Assembly: GCA_951406725.2 (NCBI GenBank)
Contig: OX597831.1
Span: 24,676,001 to 24,740,000, forward strand
DNA from: Octopus vulgaris
Taxonomy: Eukaryota
DNA length: 64,000 nucleotides
Direction of reading: 5' to 3'
The notes beneath the pieces were generated by a model. That model made no database searches. It was given only the letters and a program-made list of their open reading frames with translations, and was not told the DNA's origin. Shown in pieces: positions 1-13,908 of the stretch (positions are counted from its first letter, which is position 1; each line of letters begins with the position of its first letter). The translations under genes and the position numbers were made by a program.

Positions 1-660
1 TCCACCATTTTGGATTTTAATTTATTTTAAAATGTTTAATTTTTGGCCAAATTGTTTAATGTGCATTTAGCAAGTAATAAAGTGGTATTTATCATTATAG
101 TCTATATATGTTTCTTATTTATGTAATAAATTATTTTAAAAATTAAAAAAACATTCTAGGCAATGGAAAATTCTTCAACATCATCTCAGATTTCCTGTGT
201 TTGCATAATGTAAGAAGTTGATTCTGCATAATTTGAGAGAGCAACATAGTGTCGATGTTTCAAACCAGGTCATTCCTGATCAAACCAAGTAGTGTTCAAA
301 GGCATTCCAGTTATGACCACCCCATATTTTTTACAGATACAGTGGATACAGAATCACATTATCTGATGTTTCCTTCTTTTCTAACAGAGTAGGTGGTGAT
401 CAAAGAACTATTCTCTCTTTACAGGTACAGTTTATCTCAATTGTACATTATCACAAATGCCTGTCATATCTTTTAATAGACTGTAAGGTGTAATTTGAAT
501 GAAATTTGACAGCTATTTCTGATAGGTCAAGTGTAACCACTGGGGCTCTTGTCTTAGCTATGTATTAGACATTATAAACAACAATTTGGTACAGAACATA
601 CAAAACAAAAAACATTGACCAATTGATGAGAGTTAAGTGACATGGTTAGCCAATACAAAT

Positions 661-900
661 TTATTGCAGAAGACACTTGCTCAAGGTGCCATGCAATGGA
701 ATTGAACCGGGAACAATGTGATTGTGAAGCAAACTTCTTTACACACACACACAAACCTAAAGATGACATTACCCAACATGAAATTATAGTAGAAGACACT
801 TGCTCTTGGTAGCATGCAGTGGGACTGAACCTGGAACCATGTGGTTGCGAAGCAAACTTCTTTACACACACGAGCACACATACACACACACACACACATA
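661..900 (-). repeat. Two tandem ~120-bp units made of a SINE-A 5' fragment plus (CA)n and a short linker
   Basis: Units 'ttatagtagaagacacttgctc...ggaaccatgtg...gaagcaaacttctttacacac' at ~661 and ~783. They are the reverse complement of the SINE-A head. More units occur at 3548-4385. Confidence 0.8.
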
Positions 901-1426
901 GATATAATGCCAATAGAAAGCCTGTAAAAAATTTGCATAATCACAACTGCTGTACTACCTTTAAGTGTAAGACATTAAACTCTAATCTGGTCTAGTCAAC
1001 CATATTAGACTTCAATTTGAATAAATACGGTAAATATATACAAGTTACAGGTGGGGTTTTTTTTAACACAAATCTTTGTGTTCAAATTTTACTGTGCAAT
1101 GGAATTCACTATAGTAACTTCTAGAAAATTCTAAATATTTAACTCAAAGACAGCCTTCTATTGATTCTCCTTTAAGACACTGAGTTATGGATATCTAACA
1201 TGCTTATGAACATATACAAATATCATATACAAATATCAATCAAACTACAACATTCTAAAAGCTTTTCCCAGAACTTGGTCAGTTTATGCACAACGAATGT
1301 GAATGATGCAAACTCCAGATGCAACTCCATTTGATCACAGCCCAGTATATTAGAAAAGAAGGACATGGTGAATGGTATCGTTCTTTCCATGGTGCACTGT
1401 GCTCAGAAAAAGTATAATTATAATAA

Positions 1427-1775
1427 TGAAATTATTATATACAGTGCTCAGGTGCACCACAACTTGTCAAAAGTCCGTATAAAGAATATGCAGTAATGTA
1501 CAAATGTCTGGAAAGTGAACAGTGCATGAGTCAGATACATGCTTGCGTGTGTATGGAGGGGAGAAAATCAGGTGTAGTGTTGGCGAATCTCAGGAAGCAT
1601 GGAAGTTTTGAAGGATGCAGTGCTCCGACACCTAACAACTGATGCCGGCAGTTTGTTCCATACTTCAGCAACTCTTAGCACGAAAAAATGTTTCCGAAAG
1701 TCATGGGAGCTGTGCTGTTTTCTGACTTTGTAATCGTGTCCACGGGTGTTAGACAGGTGGAGTTTGAAAAGGTAT
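1427..1775 (-). mobile_element. 5'-truncated CR1-clade LINE (ORF2 C-terminus plus 3' UTR)
   Basis: ORF 1568-1819 encodes TRGHDYKVRKQ...RKHFFVLRVAEVWNKLPASVV...ASFK, the typical CR1 ORF2 C-terminal pattern (TRGH..K...R..FF..RV...WN.LP..VV....FK). It is followed by a 3' UTR ending in an (ATT)n-like tail. Confidence 0.9.
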
Positions 1776-2286
1776 GTGCTGTTAATATCTAGAATACGTT
1801 TCATCATCAGATTGTTCAATTAGTGTTGACATGGAGGTAAACAACAGCTGCATAGGGAATCCATGTTATAAAAAGAAACAGTAAAATTCTTTATGCAGCA
1901 GATATGGCAACTTTAAAACTTTAAAAAATAAATAACTTCATATTACAAAACATATAAGGTATTGGAATTTTAAAAGATGAAAGACAACCATTCATTTGAA
2001 GTTCAGGTAAGGGGCTGGAAGTCTACCCACAGAGATTTGACATCATGTATTGTACATAGCCAATGTGGGGTACTCCTAGCTGCAGCATATATGTGTATAT
2101 GTATATACAAACATATCTTTATATCTTTATCTGTAATTGTGTATCTGTTTATGTGTGTGTGTGAATATATGTATATATATATATATACTTTATTTAAAGC
2201 AGCAGAAAATTCAACAAAACCTGTTACTCTGAGTTTCCCGTTGCCATTCATCGGACAGTTTTTGCTAGAATGGAACCAATATGTCA

Positions 2287-2330
<44 letters not shown>

Positions 2331-2950
2331 ATGTATATATATGTGTGTTTGGGTGTGTATATGTGCATTCTTGTGTGTTTATATAATGGGCTTCTTTCAG
2401 TTTCCTTCTACCAAATCCACTCACAATGATTAATATTATGGGCGGGGAAATATCTCTTTTCCTACTTTGAAACATTTTTCCAAGTAGCAAAACATATTGT
2501 ACAGAAAAGGAAAATAAATATGATGTGCATGTGTGCATGTATATGCATGTGTATGTGTTGTGTGCTTGCATGTGTGCAGACATGCACATGAGCTTGTACA
2601 TGCATTGTCCATATATACATGAATGATATGACTCTCAAAGAGAACAACGAAAGACGGGGAAGCTTCTATGTAGATAACGGTTAACATGGCAAGACAATCT
2701 AAAAACCGCAGATAACAACAATAATACATGCATCCGGGGAGAAAAAGATTGCAAACAGGATAAGATGGAATTAGATTATATTGGTTGGGTGGATTGTGAG
2801 AGAAGATGAAAGAAAATAATGAAACAAATAGAGACAGCAGAAGGATTAAAACTGTGTGGCAATTGCTAAGATTGGGGAATCAGGTACCATGATTGCTTGG
2901 GTAAGCAGGAGCAAGCAGTTTGTTAATGTTATTGAATGTGGACATACATA

Positions 2951-3360
2951 AACGCAGGAGTGGCTGTGTGGTAAGTAACTTGCTTACCAACCACATGGTT
3001 ACAGGTTCAGTCCCGCTGTGTGGCACCTTGGGCAAGTGTCTTCTACTATAGCCTCGGGCCGACCAAAGCCTTGTGAGTGGATTTGGTAGACGGAAACTGA
3101 AAGAAGCCCATCGTATATACGTATATATATATATATATATATATGTTTGTATGTCTGTGTTTCTCCCTACCCAATATTGCTTGACAACCGATGCTGGTGT
3201 GTTTACATCCCCGTAACTTAGCGGTTCGGCAAAAGAGACCGATAGAACAAGTACTAGGCTTACAAAGAATACGTCCTGGGGTTGATTCGTTTCGGCTAAA
3301 GGTGGTGCTCCAGCATGGCTGCAGTCAAATGACTGAAACAAATAAAAGAATAAAAGAATA
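2951..3360 (+). mobile_element. SINE family A, full length (tRNA-like head, CORE-like block, internal (TA)n, AAAAGAAT tail)
   Basis: A-box-like 'gtggctgtgtggtaag', B-box-like 'ggttcagtccc', CORE-like 'caccttgggcaagtgtctt'. More than 12 homologous copies occur in the window. Confidence 0.9.
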
Positions 3361-3547
3361 CATCATTCGATGAAAATATGAAGGGGAGTTTTCTTAAGGA
3401 GCACCAAACTGCATCTGTAATTTGGTGCTGTAAATAGATGCACATGCGCTTATGCATATATACACACACACACACACATTATGTGCTTTCATACATTTTT
3501 TTTGTCTACCAAGTTTCACTTTCCTAGCATTAGCCGACACAAAAAAA

Positions 3548-4385
3548 TTATAGTAGAAGACATTTGAACAAGGTGCCATGCAGTGGAATTGAACCTGGAA
3601 CAAAGTGATTGTGAAGCGAACTTCTTTACACGCACACGCACACACAAACTTGTAATTAGCCATCATGAAATTATAGCAGAAGACATTTGCTCTCAGTACC
3701 ATGCAGTGGGACTGAACCTGGAAACATGTCATTGTGAGAAAAACTTTTTTACACATGCACACACACACACACAAACACACACATTTACACAAACACACAC
3801 ACTCACATGCACGCACGCACACACACACCCACACAAACATGACGTAAGCCATCATAAAATTATAGTAGGCGTAAGAGTAGCTGTGTGGTAAGTAGCTTGC
3901 TTAGCAACCACATGGTTCTGGGTTCAGTCCCACTGTGTGGCACTTAGGGCAAATGTCTTCTTCTATAGCCTCGGGCTAGCCAAAGCCTTGTGAGTGGATT
4001 TGGTAGACGGAAACTGAAAGAAGCCCATCGTATATAAGTGTATATGTATATGTGTACGTGTCTGTATATGTTCGTGTGTCTGTGTTTGTCCCCCCCAACA
4101 TCGCTTGACAACCGATGCTGGTGTGTTTATGTCCCCGTAACTTAGCGGTTCGGCAAAAGAGACCGATAGAATAAGTACTAGGCTTGCAAAGAATAAGTAC
4201 TGGGGGGTCGATTTGCTCGACTAAAGGCAGTGCTCCAGCATGGCCACAGTCAAATGACTAAAACAAGTAAAAGAGTAAAGAGAGTAGAAGACACTTGCTC
4301 AAGATGCCACGCAGTGGGACTGAACCTGGAACCATGTGATTCTGAAATCAACTTCTTTACAGTCACACACATACACACACATACA
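3548..4385 (-). repeat. Three more SINE-A-head/(CA)n tandem units; the last is interrupted by a full SINE-A
   Basis: Units at ~3548, ~3671 and 3860-3868 plus 4283-4385, each preceded by 'aaattatag' (the last two by 'cat(g/a)aaattatag'). Confidence 0.8.
3869..4282 (+). mobile_element. SINE family A, full length, with AGTAG target-site duplication
   Basis: Matches the family-A consensus. AGTAG occurs at 3864-3868 and 4283-4287. Confidence 0.9.
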
Positions 4386-4884
4386 TGTAAGATTTACAGT
4401 TAGACATTGCTACAACTGAAGCCACCCAAAATTCTTTTATATTTTATGAATGGGTCTAAAGTTTGTTGTTGACATAATTTTATGCTCCAGCAAATTGGTT
4501 GGCATGTTTTGGCATCTCTCATACGAAGTATCCATTTCTGCTACATTTACCATTGTTTAATGAATGAAAATGAATGATATTGTTGATATAATCCAGAGTA
4601 ATTTTGTGTTTCTGTGTGTGTACGTGTGCATATATGTGTGTGTGTGTGTGTGTGTGTGTATGAATTTACACACGCATGTACATATATATACCCCCATACA
4701 CACACATATATACATGTGTGTGTCTGTGTGTGTGTGTATGTGCATGGCAATGAGTCTATACATATGTTTGCATAAATGTGAGTGGATATCGAATAGACAT
4801 ATGTGTTTGTGTTGTTTACACGTTAAAATATGGTGTTTCATCAACTGTTTATATTGTTTAGTGTGTAATTATATATTTGTTGGC

Positions 4885-5300
<416 letters not shown>

Positions 5301-5400
5301 TATCAGTATCTGAGACTCTCTCTTTCTTCCTGTCTTTCCCTATCCATGCTCTTACTTCACTCTTCATTCCTATGCTACCCTCATATCCTTCATTCATTCC

Positions 5401-5436
<36 letters not shown>

Positions 5437-5680
5437 TTTCTCTACCCTCCTCACTTTCTCTTTCCCCCCCTCTTCCCTTTTTTTTTCCTCCTCTCTGTAA
5501 TTTTCTGTTTCGGAACATTGTAAGAAGGTAATGAAGTATGCTATTGACAATGCCACCAGCCCATGACCACTTCAAATTACAGCATTGTTGTTGAGCAAGG
5601 ACATATTCTATATATTGTCTATTTATATTTTACCAGTAGAAATAGCTGGATCAAACCTGTTTAATACCAAAATTGCATTG

Positions 5681-5732
<52 letters not shown>

Positions 5733-5931
5733 GTAATAAAAACCATACAAAACAATGCAAAACAAATGATTAGCATGAATGGGAAACAATCTCCATGGAC
5801 ATTGTGTGTGGTGTTTGGTGAACATTAATGAATGAAACCAGGTGATGCTGACTGAATTCGTAGAGTGAATAATTTCTTGCTGTTGTTTAACCCTAGGTTA
5901 ACTCTGATCTGACACATTTGTGATCTAAGGG

Positions 5932-6105
5932 CAGTGGTTCTTGACCATTTTTTGCTAATGGACTCCTTTGATTTCTATTTTTCTATTTTACTTGGTTGGA
6001 TCCTCAAAACCATTTAATGTTTAAAAACATCCTATTATATTTTTTTGAGTTGAACATTATTAAGAACTGTGTAAAAAATAATTGGGCCCCAGTTGGGAAC
6101 CACTG
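5932..6105. mobile_element. hAT/Charlie-like MITE
   Basis: Termini CAGTGGTTC... and ...GAACCACTG are inverted. About 175 bp; the flanks show only a degenerate TSD. Confidence 0.65.
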
Positions 6106-6271
6106 AGATAAGGTGTTTCATACGTGGTCATACTGTTATTTTTGGAAAGGTTGAGAAGCCATATGACCATCTTTATCAAATCAATTGTATAGATTGGCAT
6201 TGACACTAAGCGTCTAAATTTTCTACCCAGAAATGTTTACTATTTTGTAACCATTTGATGGGCAAGAAAGC

Positions 6272-6349
6272 ACATGTCAACTCATTTGAAAGGTACATGT
6301 CAACTCATTTGAAAGGTACATGTCAACTCATTTGAAAGGTACACGTCAA
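6272..6349. repeat. 23-bp tandem repeat, ~3.4 copies
   Basis: 'acatgtcaactcatttgaaaggt' x3 plus a partial copy. Confidence 0.9.
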
Positions 6350-6659
6350 TTAAGCTAAAAGGTTCATGTCAGTTTATTTGTTCTTCTAATCAGATTAACT
6401 CATTTACTTCCTTCTGATATTCTTGACTGTATTCTATTTAGTCAGTAGATCATGGTGATGTTGGTACTGAATCTAAATTCTCCTAGATTATTCATTAACC
6501 AAGATGGTAATTGTCAGCGGGTTTAATCTATAAAATCCACACTCTAGGTTGCAATCCAAAAGGTGCTTCTTATGTGTTGCTTGAGTTTTGAATACCTTTT
6601 AACATGAATGAATTTCTTTCCTGTATTGTTTCTGGTGAGGTAGTGAATTGGATACAGCT

Positions 6660-7090
6660 GCACTTCTTTGCGCCTCCTGCCATAATGTGGGTTCTGACTC
6701 CCTTTGAAGGCATCCACATCTGCACCTCACAAATTTCTGAGGTTGTTTGACAGAATATTAAATAGCTGTGGACCCTTAAAATTCAGTCTGTTGCAATCCT
6801 GGGTCCTTATTCTAAATGGAGGAGATGGGATCTTTGGTATTATGCAGTGCCATCTAGTTAGGTGGTTGGTATAGCATTCAGTTCTAGATTTGGGAGGTAG
6901 ACCCTCCAAGTTCTTCCATTTGTATATAACTGCACATCTGTTATGTCTTCTCTCTAAGGAGTGGAGATTCAGTTCCTTTAGCCTCTTATATTAGCACTCA
7001 TCTGTTACACCAAGTCTCTCGCTTTTGTATAGTCATGATATATTGCCTCCTTCAGTTTCACCACCAGTTTCCTGCTCTGCAGTGATCATA
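6660..7090 (-). mobile_element. Decayed CR1-like LINE ORF2 C-terminal fragment
   Basis: Minus-strand translation LKELNLHSLERRHNRCAVIYKWKNLEGLPP...LNFKGPQLFNIL..NLRNL resembles the CR1-group 'L..L.L.SLERRR.R...IY..K...G' region. Confidence 0.8.
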
Positions 7091-7204
7091 ATGAAGTGAT
7101 GGTAACCTCTCATAGTCTGAGAAAGATAGTTCTGCAATTTCTTGTTGAATATCCTGTATAAATTATTTTTTTATGATGATTAAGCAATTGAGCTGTACAT
7201 TAAT

Positions 7205-7396
7205 TCACTCCCTCTGTCAAACTGATGTTACCTGAACAGTTGCAGAGTGCACCACACGCCAGGTGTTGAAGTGACCACAGAGCAACTTGAGATGAAATGT
7301 TTTGCTCAAAAACACAATGCAGCACCCGCTCGTAGAATTGAAACCTTGATCACAGGATCATGAATGCAACACCCTAACCTCTAGACTATGTGCCCT
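7205..7396 (-). mobile_element. SINE family E (tRNA head plus CORE-like block), diverged
   Basis: Reverse complement has 'tagtctagaggttagggtg...ggtttcaattc...ttgtgtttttgagcaaaacatttcat'. Homologous to copies at 14815, 34947, 35726 and 49660. Confidence 0.7.
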
Positions 7397-7414
7397 CACG
7401 GTAACCACAGTATG

Positions 7415-7728
7415 TATGGCATGTGAAAAAACATTCGAGTGAGGTCATTGCCAGTGCCGCTGGACTGGCTCCTGTGCAGGTGGTACGTAAAAAACACCAT
7501 TTGAGAGTGGCTGTTGCCAGTACCACCTGACTGGCCCTCGTGCCAGTGGCATGTAAAAGCACCCACTACACTTTCGGAGTGATTGGCATTAGGAAGGGCA
7601 TCCAGCTGTAGAGACTCTGCCAGATCAAGATTGGAGCCTGGTGCAGACATCTGGTTCACCAGTCCTCAGTCAAATCGTCCAACCCATGCTAGCATGGAAA
7701 GCGGACGTTAAACGATGATGATGATGAT
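7415..7728 (+). mobile_element. Family C retroposon 3' part (RTE-like tail ending (GAT)n)
   Basis: 'aggaagggcatccagctgtag...aacccatgctagcatggaaagcggacgttaaacgatgatgatg'. Nearly identical to the distal part of 12700-13198. Confidence 0.8.
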
Positions 7729-8154
7729 ACATATACTTATAATATCTAGAGTATTCGATAAAATATTTTATTTTGTGCTGTTGCATTAGAACCTTGATGC
7801 AGCAGTCAGCAGGCAATTAAAAGCCTAAGTATGCTTTTCAGTTGTGCTAAATCACAGTTTTATTGTGTGAGTGGGTGGGTTATTGCCCTATGAATTAGGG
7901 CCTGAAGCCTGTGGAATACATTATAGAGTTTGATAAAAGAGATTAAGCTGTTACAAAAAAATGGTTTGAGTCTCTACAGAGAAACATTCTCACTTGCTAA
8001 ATTTTGTGTGTATATTTAAGTGTTTATGTAAGCAAGCTTATAATATGTATTCATATGTATGTTCATATATATATGTATATGCATATGCATGTGTATATAT
8101 GAAAAAGTATGTCTACATATGCATATATATACATACATACATACATATATACAT

Positions 8155-8571
8155 ACTCTCTTTACTCTTTACACTTTTACTTGTTTCAGTCATTTGACTG
8201 TGGCCATGCTGGAGCACCGCCTTTAATCGAGCAACTCGACCCCGGGACTTATTCTTTTCTAAGCCCAGTACTTATTCTATCGGTCTCTTTTGCTGAACCG
8301 CTAAGTAACGGGAACATAAACTCACCAGCATCGGTTGTCAAGCAATGCTAGGGGGACAAACACAGACACACAAACACACACACGCATATATATATATATA
8401 CATATATACGACGGGCTTCTTTCAGTTTCTGTCTACCAAATCCACTCACAAGGCATTGGTCGGCCCGGGGCTATAGTAGAAGACACTTGCCCAAGGTGCC
8501 ACACAGTGGGACTGCACCCAGAACTATGTGGTTGGTAAACAAGCTACTTACCACACAGCCACTCCTGTGCC
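8155..8571 (-). mobile_element. SINE family A, full length
   Basis: Reverse complement of the family-A consensus. Confidence 0.9.
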
Positions 8572-9020
8572 TATACATGTATATGTGTACTTATATATGC
8601 ATGTATATGTATGTGTAGATATCTAAATAACAAACTCAAAATACAGTCTGTTTGGGACACCTGTATGTCAGTCTGCATTTGCTTCAAATAGACATATTAT
8701 ACCTTTTTGGAATCAGGATGATCCCGGGATTGAAAATCTGCCCTTTGTTTAGTTCTTGAACTTCCAGCATTGGGATCAGGTCTGGATGCGGATCTTCTTT
8801 ATATGCAAACAGTTGAAAATTGAAATTTTAAAAGAAACCTTAGACTTCGTGAATGTACAGGTTTTTCTTTTAAACTAAATTTAATGTAATACCAGATTGG
8901 TTGGGTACCAATAAATACTTTATTATTAATGCCCCTTTCAGTTTTGGGCCAAAGGGTCCAGTTAGCCCTCTGCAGGAGCTAGCTTAAAAGTTCACGCAGA
9001 TTGTGGCTTTTATGTTAGTG

Positions 9021-9061
<41 letters not shown>

Positions 9062-9291
9062 ATGTGTGTATGTGTGTGTATACATGTGTGTATATATATA
9101 TATGTATCTATGTGCATATATACACACACATATATATGTATGTGTGTGTATATATGTGTGCATATATATCTATATGTAAATGTATATAGGTCTATATGTA
9201 CGTTTATATATATCTGTGTTTGCATATACTTGTGTGGTTTTGTATACTTGTATACAACTATACATATGCAAAATATGTATGTATAAGTGTG

Positions 9292-9322
<31 letters not shown>

Positions 9323-10110
9323 ATGATAATGTTGATAAATATCTATTATATATATATGTATGTATATATATGTATGCATATATATGTATATATATGTACG
9401 CATATATATGTATATATATGTGCTTATATATATATATACATGAACACATATATATATGTACATGTGTTCATGTACTCATGTGCATGCAAACCTGTGCCAA
9501 TCAAAACTGCATTTATATATGCAAGAATGAATGTAATGTGCTTGCTATTCAATATCAAACTGATTGTGGTTTTAAATGAGAATATTCACACCTGAAGTAA
9601 CTAGAATACTTTGTCCTGTACTGATAGTTTCTGCTCAACTTGTTTGCAGACTACCCACCCATGAGTACCCCTATGTATGACTTTGTGTGTGTGTGTGTGT
9701 GTGTGTATTCTCAGTTACTCTGTAGGTGCTATATATATAATTATCTACTGTGTGTGACAATAAACCATCATTTAACCTCCAATCCATCTCATATTGCTTC
9801 GCCACAAATTTTTTTCTTTTTTTCATTATAAGACAAGCTTAACAATAAACTGATAAAATTATGATGTTGCATAATAACTATATAATACCAACCATCACCA
9901 CCACCACCACCACCATCCTCATCATCATCACCATCATTGTAATTACCAGCACCATAGACATCATGTTCCCCCACAATCATCATAGCTGTTGTCATCAATA
10001 TTATTGTCATTAACCAACATCATCATTACCATCATCATCATTACTAACACATCTATCATTTTTAGTAATCGCCGTTTTTACAAATTACCAACTTAATAAA
10101 TAACCATCAA

Positions 10111-10142
<32 letters not shown>

Positions 10143-11141
10143 GTTTTTGTTTACTTAAAACAAAAGTGAATCTGAAAAATACAAAAAAAAAAAAATTGAA
10201 AAAAAAAAAAAAGGAACATTTTCACTGTCTCTATTATCAAATTTTAATATTTATTCCTTTATTCATTTATTTTATGCCTTCGATTTTTACATTCTTAATC
10301 CAAATATTTCAAATATTAAACATATTAAACAGAATAATGAAGATGCATTATTTTAGTTTTGTCTGCATATTATATATATATATTTTTATAAAGCATTTTT
10401 TGTATTTTTCTGATTTAAAAAAAAAACAAATTAATAATTTAAACATAAAACTGATAATTTTCCATTTCATTTGGGTTGTTGTTGTTGTTGTTGTTGATGA
10501 TAGTGGTGATGATGATAATGATGGTGGTGAATTTTAGAGTTTTTTACTATTTTTGCTGCTATTATTTATTAAAAACAATTTTATTCTAAGTGTACTCAAG
10601 ACCCTTCCAGAAATTGTTAATGCATTTTAGAAAAGTATCAGAAATGTTAGAGCAGTGAATGAATTGTTGTTTTTTATTTTATTTTATTTTATTTTATTTT
10701 ATTTTATTTTATTTTATTTTATGGCTTATTAATTTTATCTTCTATTTTCTTTCTTTGTGATTTTTATTTTTTTTGTTATTAACTCGTTTTGCTCAGTTTG
10801 TTAAGATTTGTATCCTAAATTGCTCTAATCTACCAACTTTGCCACAAGACCTATCATAGTCTAGCAAATGATGACAAAAGAGAATCTCTGGTGTTCATTC
10901 ATTTCCGAACTATAGATATCTATACCAGCACGGATATGTATTTATGTATGTTTGTGTTATGTGTATCACCTGCACCCATCCACAAAAGCAATAAATGCAC
11001 AATCTGCATGACTATACACCACCTCATGTAATGAGTATTTTTTTATGTATCTAAATACTCAAATTTGAGTGTTTTTTAGTGTATGTGTGGTGTGCATATA
11101 CATACATATATACATACATATATATATGTATACATACATAC

Positions 11142-11203
<62 letters not shown>

Positions 11204-11360
11204 CATATATATATATATCAATAATAATAATAATAATAATGGTAATATCTGGGAGATATCTTATGGTAGTGGAATAGTATTTAACTGCTATTTCTAAATA
11301 TCGGTATGGGGTGAAGCAATTTTTGCTGAACCCTAATTATAATTATTCTTATAATTATAG

Positions 11361-11415
<55 letters not shown>

Positions 11416-12144
11416 AACAATATTATAATAAAGGGTATCTAAGAGATACCACCATGCTAGAGATAGCAGTCAAAACTTGACTCTAAAACCACTTCATGTA
11501 TTCATCCAGCACAAGGGCACTCTCTTTCACTGCCCCATTGACCCAAATACCCGGGAGACAATCCTGAAGGACTGCCCAAAGTGGCTGCATGTCGTAGTCA
11601 AAGGAACAGACTCAATGGAAAATCACAGATGTCAAGAGGCAGAGATCAGACATAGAAGATTCAAAGATTGACTCACACTTCCTCATCCCTTATCCCCTGT
11701 AATGGATGTACCCAGCTCTTCTATACCCCCTTTGGTCTGAACAGCTACCTCAGGCACTGGCACCCTTCACACCCATCAGGGTGAAGAGGTTCAGTCGCTC
11801 GCTACAGATTAACTACTCAGACACAAGTCATATAAACACATGAGTTATATGTGTGTGTGTGTCCCATCCACGTTTTTTTAGTCAGAGACTACAAAACAAA
11901 CCTATGAAATTGTGTTATTATTTGCTGTTTCACTGGGAAGAATCATAAATCGTTTATAGTTAAATTTAAAGCAATGTTTTTAAATTCAAGTTTTTAAAGT
12001 GTTCATATTTCTATTGAAAAGTTTCGCAATTTTGCCATTAAGTTACTTCCCTTCTCTAGAGATAACGGAAGGATGATAATTTGTTAGATAACATTGGGAA
12101 AATCAAAGGAAAAAAATGGAAAAGAAACAGAGATACACATGAGA

Positions 12145-12187
12145 TAGGTAGATAGAGAGATAGATAGACAGATAGACAGACAGACAA

Positions 12188-12247
<60 letters not shown>

Positions 12248-12289
12248 GCAGACAAATAGATAGATAGACATATAGACAGATAGACAGAC

Positions 12290-12388
<99 letters not shown>

Positions 12389-12392
12389 CAGA
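12145..12392. repeat. (GATA)n/(GACA)n microsatellite
   Basis: Direct inspection. Confidence 0.95.
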
Positions 12393-12699
12393 CTGATACA
12401 GAGGAGAAAAGCTTAGATGAAAAGAGAGGAATAGAAAGTGGTCATATAGATAATGAGAGAGTGAGTGATGGAGAGGTGAGGAACGGAGAATGATGATGGT
12501 GATGATGTTAGTTCATATTTCTTTGTTTTTTATCACTGGATCAAAAGAAACCACAGTGATATTCTGTTAGAGAAATTGTTATATATTGAGCGAATGTAGA
12601 CTTTCTTTCCATCAGTTAAATTGCAGTGCATTGGAAATGATTGCTGATGTATACATGCAACAACAGAGATATGTCAACATATGTTAATATGGTGTTAGA

Positions 12700-13198
12700 C
12701 TTAATATGGTGAAGATCTGTTGAGGCAAGTGAAATCGAAATCAAATTCAGTGACTGGCATCCATATTAGTGTAGTGCTAAGAGCACCATCTGAGCATGAT
12801 CATTGCCAGTGCAGCTGACTGGCTTCTGTGCCGGTGGCACATAAAAAGCACCATTCGAGCGTGATCGTTACCAGCGTCGCCTTACTGGCATGTGAAAAAA
12901 CATTTGAGTGAGGTCGTTGTCAGTGCTGCTGGACTGGCTCCTGTGCAGGTGGCATGCAAAAATCACCATTTGAGCATGGCCATTGCCAGTTCCGCTTGAC
13001 TGGCCCTCGTGCCGGTGGCACATAAAAGCACCCACAACACTCTTGGAGTGGTTGGCGATAAGAAGGGCATCCAGCTGTTGAAACTCTGCTAGATCAAGAT
13101 TGGAGCCTGGTGCAGCCATCTGGTTTGCCAGTCCTCAGTCAAATCGTCCAACCCATGCTAGCATGGAAAGCGGATGTTAAACGATGATGATGATGATG
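12700..13198 (+). mobile_element. Family C retroposon with internal sub-repeats and (GAT)n tail
   Basis: Repeated 'gtggca(c/t)(a/g)taaaa..cacc' / 'ttgccagt' modules and the same tail as 7415-7728. Confidence 0.8.
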
Positions 13199-13199
13199 A

Positions 13200-13500
13200 A
13201 GGGGCTCACTGCACATCTTTCTAACATCTACCTTGCTAACAGCATCACTTCTCACAGCTTGCACAACTCCCACAACCCATTCATCTGCATCTCATTTCTT
13301 AACCCCAACCAATCTACAGAGCTCAGTTCTCTATCACAGGCATACAAGAGAGCAATGAATACAAGATGTTGCGACTTGCAATTATCAAAGAATTTCTGAT
13401 GTTGTCTCCTTAAGTAAATGGTATCAGTGGAACCGCTTCCTGGCACAAACCTAAGCTGCAGTTCATCTAAGCTAATTATTTTTCCTAATCATCAGCACTA
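13200..13500 (-). mobile_element. Decayed RTE-clade reverse transcriptase fragment
   Basis: Translation ..LDELQLRFVPGSGSTDTIYLRRQHQK...LVFIALLYACDR.. then, after a frameshift, DEWVVGVVQAVRSDAVSKV. This matches RTE 'QFGF.PGRSTTDAIF..RQL.EK...FVDLEKAFDRV...DEWLV..VQ.MY....SKV'. Confidence 0.85.
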
Positions 13501-13869
13501 TTCTGCTATTTCCATCCATCCATCTATCCACCCACCCATCCATCCATCCGTGAATAAATGCATACAAACACACACACATACATGCACATGTGTATCCATT
13601 CATCCGTACAACATGCATATATGTTACTGTATAGTTGTGCAGGCTTGAAATTCGAAGAAAGAATAGATAAGGAAATAGTAATGTTTATACTTTTGCTTAA
13701 GGGTGAATCAGTACTCCGAAATGGAATAATCATACCTGAAAGCAGAAATAATTTAGGACATATTTTTGACATGAAATCACAATTGCACCACAGCATCATA
13801 CATACACACAATCATAAAACTTATAAACCAATACACATACACACAAAATCATTTACTTGTGCCCTCTTC

Positions 13870-13908
<39 letters not shown>

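Noticed and set aside
1977-2006. 30-nt segment MKDNHSFEVQ followed by a strong CAG|gtaagg donor
   Set aside because: The acceptor is poor and there is no homology; such donors are expected by chance in 64 kb.
2880-3341. Recurring 'FQSFDCGHAGAPPL...FAEPLSYGDVNTP' ORFs that look like a protein family
   Set aside because: They are antisense frames of SINE-A copies with inconsistent frames and stops.
6272-6349. 23-bp direct repeats (also 17-bp x3 at ~44741-44787) as a possible CRISPR array
   Set aside because: The repeats are contiguous with no spacers, there are no cas genes, and the context is eukaryotic.
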